Assembly (NCBI GenBank): GCA_041165425.1
Contig: JBEANM010000001.1
Coordinates: 1-32,197, forward strand
Origin: Verrucomicrobiota bacterium
GTDB lineage: Bacteria > Verrucomicrobiota > Verrucomicrobiia > Methylacidiphilales > Verrucolacustridaceae
Direction: 5' to 3'
DNA length: 32,197 bases
Of the stretch, positions 25,128-32,197 are shown piece after piece; the stretch's first letter is position 1, and every line of letters begins with the position of its first letter. The notes beneath the pieces were generated by a model that was given only the letters and a program-made list of their open reading frames with translations, was not told the origin of the DNA and searched no databases. The position numbers and the translations under genes are program-made.

Positions 25128-28100
25128 ATGAGAAGGCTTTCCCTAAAGTCGTCAGCCTTCGCCACGCTCCTTTTGATCCTCCCCCATTGGGGACAATCAG
25201 AGGTCATCATCCAATACTTTGAAACCCGCTGGGATGAGATGTACCAACGCCTACCCGAGATGGCCGAGATCGGTTATGAGTCCATCTGGACTCCGCCCCC
25301 CGGCAAGTCCCCGATTGGCGGTCCCTACCCTTACGCCTACGGGGGAAATGTGGGCTACAACTCCTTCGACCGCTTTGATTTGGGTGACACTCCCCAGCGA
25401 GGCCACTGGGAAACCCGGTACGGCTCTCGCACCTCTCTGCGTAACCTCGTCGACAACGCCCACCAGTTGGATATGAAAATTTACCCGGATATCGTCTTCA
25501 ACCATACCGGAAACGGTCCCGACTTCCGCACCTATCCCGGCATGGTTCCTCAGGATTTCCACGTCTGGGCCGATGCCTCCCAGCCCGGCGGCTTCAAACG
25601 GGCGGATCGCATGTATCTTTGGGACGCCGCTAACGGCACTGGAGGTACCCTCCACCAGGAACTGGTCAGCCTGATGGACATCGTTCTGGAGTTCGACAAT
25701 CGCTTCCAGGTCGGTGGCGCCAACTCGGCCGGCTATGTCGCTGACCCCACCCCCTTTGTCCGTCACCCAGGGGATTCGGAAAAATATCCCTACTTCAACC
25801 AGACCGGATATGTGGCGGAAAATTCCCGACAATTTATCGTCCGCTGGATCAATTGGCTGGGTTACGCCATGGACTACGACGGCGTCCGCCTCGATGCCCC
25901 CAAACACGTTTATAAAGACTTCTTCGGGATGCCGAACCAGTCGGAATCTCTCCGCAACCAGACCTTTATTTATAATATCCAGCGTAACTTCAAGGAACGC
26001 CGCCTCAACCGTCCCCCCAATACCACGGTGCAAGGCATGAACTTTGATGAGATGTATCAAAACGATATCCGCCGCGACAGCGCCTTGATCTATTCCGAGT
26101 TCTTCATTGGCGGCGTAAGCGAAGTCGACTACTGGCGGAATCCCAGCGACCCGAACTGGGGTATTAAGACCCGCTACCTGGATTTTCCCCGCAAGAAAGG
26201 AATGATGAACGACGCCTTCAACAACGGAAACCTTGCCGCGCTCTCCGGCTTTTCCGGATTTAGCCCCGAAGAAGGCGTTATGTTCGCCCATAGTCACGAC
26301 GAAGGGCCCCCTTCGAAGCTGGAACTTGCCTACGCCTACATCCTCACCCGCGTGGGCGTGCCGGTGGTCTACTTTTCCGGCAATAATCTGGCCCAAAGTC
26401 AGATCGGTCGGGCCGCCGGCAAAAATACCTGGATGGAAAAAGGCTACGACTACGCCCTCGGCGATACCGTCAACGGCTTCCAAAGCAATGCCATCCCCAA
26501 TCTGGTTTACGTCCACAACCATTTCGCCCGGGGCAAGGAATACTCCCGCTGGAGCGAGGCCGACTATTTTGCCTTCGAACGCTACGACGACCTGGATAAC
26601 GACGGCAACCCCGATGCCGGAGAGAGTCTCCTGCTGGTGGCCCTCAACGACTCAGGATCCGATCAGACCCGCACGGTGCAAACGGCCTTCTCCCCCGGCA
26701 CAAAACTTAAGGACTACACCGGCCGAAATTCCGACGTGGTAACCGTCAGCGGCACCGGCCAAGCCACCATCCGCGTGCCTGGAGGCGGAGGCCAAGGTTG
26801 GGTCTGCTACGCCCCCTTCAACGCCGAGGCTCCTACCGGCGTGGATCCACTTCAATTCAGCGGCACCGGCGTAAGCACCCTGCCGTGGGTGGTACCCGCG
26901 GGCCGCGACGGGGCAGCCAAACCGGTGCGGAATATTGTCCGCCTGTCCGGCGACACGGTGCAGATCGACATCCGCTACTCCAACTCCGCCCCCCAGCAGA
27001 ATGGGGAAACAGTCGACAATGTCCTCGTGAAATGGGGGCAAGGGCGGGATCTCAACGGCAGCGGCAGTATGGATAACACCAACAAGACCGTAGTGACCGG
27101 GGGATTTGAAAATGCCGTCAAGATTGCGGACGGCCACTATCGCCTGACCGCCAATCTCGCCAACATCCCCGAGGGCCTACACACCATCAAAGCCCGCGTA
27201 TTCAACGGGCGCACCGGCAAACCGGCCCTCTTCCAAACTTTCAGCGAAACCGTTTATCTCGATCGCCGGGGCCCCGATCTCGAGTTCGAGAATCTTAACC
27301 CGGGAGAAACCATCCAAGGGGCCCGCGTTCTCACCATCAACAATCCAGACCGGACCCTCCACAATCTAACGTATTCCCTGAACGGAGGCTCCCCTCAACA
27401 GGCCGACGAGGTCATCAAGGGTAAGTGGAGGATAAGCCTCGACGGACTGCCCGCCGGCAGCCACAGCATCACCCTCAACGCCACGGAAGCGGATTACGGA
27501 AGCTCCCGCAGCGTCATCAACAGTTCCAGCCTGACACGGAACTTCACGGTCGACAGCGTCGGCTCTTCCATTTCGATCAACCATGCCAACAACGCCACCC
27601 TGACCGAGCCCTTCTTCAAGACCACCCTAACCGTCCCGGCCGGCACGGCCACCAACAACGTGAAGCTTTTCTGGAATGGCTTCGAACAAGTGTACAGCGC
27701 GGACGATGTAGGCTTGCGGGAAACAAGCACCGGGAGCGGGGTCTTCGAAATCTTCTTCAACGGCCGCTACCGCTCCGGGGGCGCCAACCGGCTTTTCACG
27801 GGGGCATTCATCAATGGGCCGCATTTTTTTGAGGCCGTCGTTAATCCCGGCACCGCCAATGAAAACCGGGTCTCCCGCCGGGTGGTCTTCAACCTCTTGG
27901 GTCAGAACCTGCACGATTCCGATGGCGACGGACTTCCCGACGAGATCGAGCTGAGTGGTTTCCTCAACGGCACGAATCCCGGCCCCGATCAGGCTTGGCC
28001 GGGGGATAACAGCAAGGATCTCATCCCCAACTTTGGAGAAAGCTGGACCCGTCTGAATGCCATGGCTGCCGATACCGACTATGTCAACAGCTGGGACGGT

Positions 28101-31100
28101 GACGTGGACTCCGATGGCGACGGTGTGGCGAATCTCCAAGAAGTCATCAAGGGTCACCGCATCTCCGGCAACCCCTACCAGTTCAATATCTACAGCGCCA
28201 ACAGCGTGCCCCCCGTATCGTTATCTTCTTTTGCCTCCTCCACCCTGAGTGCCAGCGGAGGATCAAAGTTTATCACCATCACTTATCGCCCGAATGAAGG
28301 TCCCCTTGCCTCCGCTTCCTCCGTCAATGTGACGCTGGCCCCAACCGCAGCCGGCTCACCGCAAACCTTTGCCATGAGTTCCGGTGCCAACGGCTTTACT
28401 TATACCTATGCGGTTCCATCTGGAGCCACTTCGGTCACTTACAGTTTCTCCAGCGGTTCCACTTCCGACACAACCGGAGGAGCGACCTGGACCGCCTCCA
28501 CCTCCGCCGGCTTTGTGATGGACGGAGGGTTTGATAGTCAGAATTTCATCGTCTCGGACAACGGCATGCGCATTTACGCCGCTATCCGTGGCAACAAGCT
28601 GTACACCGCCACCTGGTCCACCAAGGGGGGTAGCAACGACCACTTTATCTTTATCACCGATCAGTTTGGCAACCCGGTCAACCATCCCTGGGCCAAAGCA
28701 GGGAGAGTCTATGGAAAGTTTGATTTCTCCGCCCAGACCAAGCCGTGGATCGGAGCTAATCCGACCGATGCTTACGCCAACGGATTGGGGGCTGCCGGCA
28801 GGAATTTTCTCGGCAATCAGGGCGGTGCCTTGGAGACCGAAATAGATTTAATCCAGGTTTTCGGCTCGGTGCCTCGAATTCTTTACCTTGCCGTGGGAGC
28901 TTATCCTCGGGCGGACGGGGGTTCTCTTCTTGCGCAAGCCCCCGCTTCCTTCGGAAACGTGGCCGACGACATCGAGATCCCGGAGTTTCAGGCCATTAAT
29001 ACCGCCTCCATCCGCGATGAGGATCTCGACGGGCGGTTCGACGTGGGCAATCCGGAGATGATCGTTTCCGTCAACGGAAACGAAACCGACGGCAATTATG
29101 GCCTCCGCCGTTTTTACCTGGACGAGGTCGCCGGAGATACCGCCGAGCTCACGGTAAAGTTTAAGCCCAACGCAGGCTCCGCGACCGTTTCCAGTGTCGA
29201 GGTCTACACCAATCTCAACCGACGCGACCATGCCGTGCTCGAAGAGGATCCCGCGACGGTTAGCACCTCTTCCAACACCTATTTCCGCGCCTACGCCATG
29301 AGCGGTCCGGATTCCAGTGGCTATTATTCGGCCACCCTCCCCGTTAACCTCTGCGGGGCCTACCGCCTGCAAGTCCGGTACAAGGTCTCCGGTGTGAATA
29401 GCAATGGGTACATTTACTACACCGATAACGCCCTCCGCCGGGACTGCGCCATCGTTGTCTCTCCCAAGAAGGCTCTTCAGCTCACGATGTACGAGGTCAA
29501 CCCCTTAATTGTGGAGGCCAAGGACACCACATTTGCCGGTCGCAGCACCTTCCTGGATCTGGTCAACGACCCTTCCCTCGCCGGGGAAACCGGCGGGTAT
29601 GACGGTCGGCCGGATGGGTTGAACCGCAACCACTATGCCGCCCTTGGGGTGAATATGCTTTGGCTTCAGCCGATCCACCCCATCGGCATTGAGGGTCGCG
29701 ACACCAATCCAGAAACTGGCTCAGCCTTCGATCCGGGAAGCCCTTACGCCGTGCGGGATTACTGGACTGTGGCTCCCATGCTTGGACGCAGCAACACCGA
29801 ATCCAACGCCCTGTCGGAATTCCAGACCTTTGTGCAGCGTCTGGATGCCTGGGGCGTCGGCGTAATGATGGACGGCACCTTTAACCATAGCGCCCCGGAT
29901 GCCATCATGGGCCAGGGTGCGGTGGATCTCGGCATCACCACGAATGCCACACAGCCCATCCGCAGTTTTAACACCCGTTGGTACGCGAAGGAAGGCTTCC
30001 CGGCGCAAGCCGCCACCACCCTTTCCGAGATTGCCATTGCCCCCGATCGTAACGACTTCGGCAACTGGACCGATGTGCGGGAATTTTACTTCGGCGATTA
30101 CGATGCCCTCGTAAAGGAAAAAGGAACCCAAAACCTCGACAAAACCTATCCCGACAATGCCTATAAGCTGGCTTTTCTCTTGGAGCGGGATGAATTCGCC
30201 GGTCACACCACCACAACGCGCCAAGTCTGGAACTACTTTGCCCACTACCCAATCTATTGGCTGGAAAAATCCGGACATACCTCCTCGACCCCTAAAAATC
30301 AGTCCCATATCGGCATCGACGGACTGCGATGCGACTTTGCCCAAGGTCTTCCCTCCCAATTCTGGGAATACGCCATCAACAAGACCCGCGCCCGCAAGTG
30401 GGACTTTATCTTTATGGCCGAATCCCTCGACGGGGCCCGGGAGGTTGCGGGTAGCAAGCGCCACGGGGTCGGCTACCGCTCCGCCCGGCACTTCGACGTC
30501 CTGAACGAAAATATTGTTTTCTACTGGCGGGATACCTTTTTCGGCTATCCAGCCAACGGGGGCGCGGGCACGGTCAAGAGCCCCAATACCTTCGATACCT
30601 GGAAAGCCTATGATGACCGCCGCAACGCCTTCGATAGCGTAACCCTGCTCAACAACCTAACCAGCCATGACGAGGTGTTCCCCCACAACGATGTCTGGGC
30701 CATCGCGTACGGGTATGCCCAGGTGGGTGCTCTCGATGGCATTCCGATGCTGATGTACGGCCAGGAAGCCGGAGCGCAGAACAGCAAAACCGCTTATGCC
30801 GCCAGCGAGGCGAATTTCGGCACCATTAACGCCAGCAATAACTTTGCCAAATACGAGGCTAACTTCGGCAAAAACATCCCAAACTTCAAAGTTTATAACC
30901 ATATGGCACCGATCTGGAACAACCGCACGGCGGATGAGTGGAAGCTGCAAACCTTTTATGGTCGCATCAACCGGGCCCGGCTTGCGGCCCCTGCCCTCCA
31001 AAGCCAAAACGTTTACTTTCTCTCCCAAAAGCAGGTGGGTGGAGGCTACCAACCCAATATGTTTGCCGTGGGCAAGGTCCAAAACCTGGGGCAACTCGCC

Positions 31101-32197
31101 GGGGCCACGGGTCAAAGCGTTGTCCTGACTTTTGTAAACAACAACTATCGGAGCAACTCAACCGTGGCCGCAACCTTCGACCTCAACGCCAAAGTCCCGG
31201 GCTCAGACCTGAATTACTTCGGAATCGATCGTGGGCGCAGTTACAACGTGAAAGATCTGCTGGCCGACAACTCCAATAACTATGTCTGGGCCACGAATCG
31301 CACCGGGGCCGATCTAATCGATAATGGTCTTTTTGTCGGCCTGCCCAACACGAACGCCGCCACGGGAAGCTATCAGGCCCAGTATCTCCAGTTGGTGGAT
31401 GTCTCTGCCCCCACCCTCAGCTTTGTTCCTGCGCAATTCATGACCTACGGCACCACCAATACTCTTACAGCCTCAGTGACTCCCGCCTCCCCTGTTGCTT
31501 TCTCGCTCGTGGGCGGCGACACCAACAAAGTCAGCCTCAGCGGCAATCAACTCGTCATTAACTCTGGTACCGGCTCGGTCGTCGTGCGCGCCACCATCGC
31601 AGCAACCACGGATCGGGCGGGAGCCACGAGCGAGGCCACGATCACCTTCCAAAAGGCCCCCCAGACCATCACCTTTGATCCGCTTTCCACGTCCGGTGCC
31701 GTAGGAGAGTCCGCCCGCACCCTCGTGGCTTCCTCCTCCTCCGGCCTACCTGTGACCTTTGCCTCCGGCAACCCTGCGGTCGCCTCCCTGATCGGCAACA
31801 CCCTCTATTTCAACGGTCCCGGCACTGCCGTGATAACCGCCGGTCAGGCAGGGAATGAAAACTTCCTGCCCGCAAACGATATCTCCCGAACCTACACCAT
31901 TGTGGCAGCTAGCTTTGACAGCTTGTGGAGTGGGCAAGCCGCCAACAGTGACGCCAACGGCGACGGTGTTGTCGCTATGTTGGAATATGCTTTTGGCGGA
32001 AGCCCGGGTTCCAACAATCTCGGCGTTCTTCCCCAGGTTGCCAGGTCGAACAACACTTTGAGCCTGACCGTGCTGGTTCGCACCAACGACACCAATCTTG
32101 CTGTCTTCCCGCAAGCCTCGACCAGTCTCGGTTCCAATACCTGGTCCTCCGGAGGTTTCAGCACCAATATCTCCACCAACGGAGTACCGGATGGCTT
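25128..32197 (+). CDS. Second giant secreted alpha-amylase-family protein with two GH13 catalytic domains (>2356 aa, 3' end outside window; absent from ORF track)
   Basis: Manual translation MRRLSLKSSAFATLLLILPHWGQS|EVIIQYF stays open to the window end, and no + ORF in this frame terminates in the track. Domain 1: DIVFNH (25488), GVRLDAPKH (Asp 25893), YSEF (26097), HSHD (26298). Domain 2: WLQPIHPIG (29661), GSPYAVRDY (29736), DGTFNH (29871), GLRCDFAQG (Asp 30333), MAES (30420), TSHD (30669). Alternative in-frame ATGs at 25077 and 25113. Confidence 0.9.
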   Translation, partial: MRRLSLKSSAFATLLLILPHWGQSEVIIQYFETRWDEMYQRLPEMAEIGYESIWTPPPGKSPIGGPYPYAYGGNVGYNSFDRFDLGDTPQRGHWETRYGSRTSLRNLVDNAHQLDMKIYPDIVFNHTGNGPDFRTYPGMVPQDFHVWADASQPGGFKRADRMYLWDAANGTGGTLHQELVSLMDIVLEFDNRFQVGGANSAGYVADPTPFVRHPGDSEKYPYFNQTGYVAENSRQFIVRWINWLGYAMDYDGVRLDAPKHVYKDFFGMPNQSESLRNQTFIYNIQRNFKERRLNRPPNTTVQGMNFDEMYQNDIRRDSALIYSEFFIGGVSEVDYWRNPSDPNWGIKTRYLDFPRKKGMMNDAFNNGNLAALSGFSGFSPEEGVMFAHSHDEGPPSKLELAYAYILTRVGVPVVYFSGNNLAQSQIGRAAGKNTWMEKGYDYALGDTVNGFQSNAIPNLVYVHNHFARGKEYSRWSEADYFAFERYDDLDNDGNPDAGESLLLVALNDSGSDQTRTVQTAFSPGTKLKDYTGRNSDVVTVSGTGQATIRVPGGGGQGWVCYAPFNAEAPTGVDPLQFSGTGVSTLPWVVPAGRDGAAKPVRNIVRLSGDTVQIDIRYSNSAPQQNGETVDNVLVKWGQGRDLNGSGSMDNTNKTVVTGGFENAVKIADGHYRLTANLANIPEGLHTIKARVFNGRTGKPALFQTFSETVYLDRRGPDLEFENLNPGETIQGARVLTINNPDRTLHNLTYSLNGGSPQQADEVIKGKWRISLDGLPAGSHSITLNATEADYGSSRSVINSSSLTRNFTVDSVGSSISINHANNATLTEPFFKTTLTVPAGTATNNVKLFWNGFEQVYSADDVGLRETSTGSGVFEIFFNGRYRSGGANRLFTGAFINGPHFFEAVVNPGTANENRVSRRVVFNLLGQNLHDSDGDGLPDEIELSGFLNGTNPGPDQAWPGDNSKDLIPNFGESWTRLNAMAADTDYVNSWDGDVDSDGDGVANLQEVIKGHRISGNPYQFNIYSANSVPPVSLSSFASSTLSASGGSKFITITYRPNEGPLASASSVNVTLAPTAAGSPQTFAMSSGANGFTYTYAVPSGATSVTYSFSSGSTSDTTGGATWTASTSAGFVMDGGFDSQNFIVSDNGMRIYAAIRGNKLYTATWSTKGGSNDHFIFITDQFGNPVNHPWAKAGRVYGKFDFSAQTKPWIGANPTDAYANGLGAAGRNFLGNQGGALETEIDLIQVFGSVPRILYLAVGAYPRADGGSLLAQAPASFGNVADDIEIPEFQAINTASIRDEDLDGRFDVGNPEMIVSVNGNETDGNYGLRRFYLDEVAGDTAELTVKFKPNAGSATVSSVEVYTNLNRRDHAVLEEDPATVSTSSNTYFRAYAMSGPDSSGYYSATLPVNLCGAYRLQVRYKVSGVNSNGYIYYTDNALRRDCAIVVSPKKALQLTMYEVNPLIVEAKDTTFAGRSTFLDLVNDPSLAGETGGYDGRPDGLNRNHYAALGVNMLWLQPIHPIGIEGRDTNPETGSAFDPGSPYAVRDYWTVAPMLGRSNTESNALSEFQTFVQRLDAWGVGVMMDGTFNHSAPDAIMGQGAVDLGITTNATQPIRSFNTRWYAKEGFPAQAATTLSEIAIAPDRNDFGNWTDVREFYFGDYDALVKEKGTQNLDKTYPDNAYKLAFLLERDEFAGHTTTTRQVWNYFAHYPIYWLEKSGHTSSTPKNQSHIGIDGLRCDFAQGLPSQFWEYAINKTRARKWDFIFMAESLDGAREVAGSKRHGVGYRSARHFDVLNENIVFYWRDTFFGYPANGGAGTVKSPNTFDTWKAYDDRRNAFDSVTLLNNLTSHDEVFPHNDVWAIAYGYAQVGALDGIPMLMYGQEAGAQNSKTAYAASEANFGTINASNNFAKYEANFGKNIPNFKVYNHMAPIWNNRTADEWKLQTFYGRINRARLAAPALQSQNVYFLSQKQVGGGYQPNMFAVGKVQNLGQLAGATGQSVVLTFVNNNYRSNSTVAATFDLNAKVPGSDLNYFGIDRGRSYNVKDLLADNSNNYVWATNRTGADLIDNGLFVGLPNTNAATGSYQAQYLQLVDVSAPTLSFVPAQFMTYGTTNTLTASVTPASPVAFSLVGGDTNKVSLSGNQLVINSGTGSVVVRATIAATTDRAGATSEATITFQKAPQTITFDPLSTSGAVGESARTLVASSSSGLPVTFASGNPAVASLIGNTLYFNGPGTAVITAGQAGNENFLPANDISRTYTIVAASFDSLWSGQAANSDANGDGVVAMLEYAFGGSPGSNNLGVLPQVARSNNTLSLTVLVRTNDTNLAVFPQASTSLGSNTWSSGGFSTNISTNGVPDG

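Noticed and set aside
1-32197. CRISPR arrays, rRNA/tRNA genes, transposases, phage genes
   Set aside because: No regularly spaced DNA repeats or diagnostic motifs found by eye; repeats present are protein-level only.

Overview
GC-rich bacterial chromosome segment, probably Verrucomicrobiota (inferred from gene content and protein C-terminal signatures). The left half (1-16.3 kb) is mostly housekeeping and envelope genes: HAD-mlaE-mlaF-mlaD-ispD (partial), ruvB, a TPR/trypsin-like protease, a GT-C glycosyltransferase coupled to an LptF/G-family permease, yqeY, a YhaM-SOUL-YHYH cluster and nrnA-truB-ribF. Two things stand out. (1) At 6790-7246 there is a structurally complete SAM-I/IV-type riboswitch with pseudoknot, intrinsic terminator, mutually exclusive antiterminator and an SD-occluding hairpin. 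It controls a single 80-aa protein resembling a stand-alone arm-type DNA-binding domain rather than a Met/SAM enzyme, so it is a candidate undescribed SAM-responsive regulatory module. (2) From 16.4 kb to the window end there are two tandem, paralogous, giant secreted alpha-glucan enzymes. One is GH13 + GH57-like (2844 aa). The other is missing from the ORF track because it runs off the window, and is GH13 + GH13 (>2356 aa). Together they carry four predicted catalytic domains. All assignments are from motif reading; no database searches were run.
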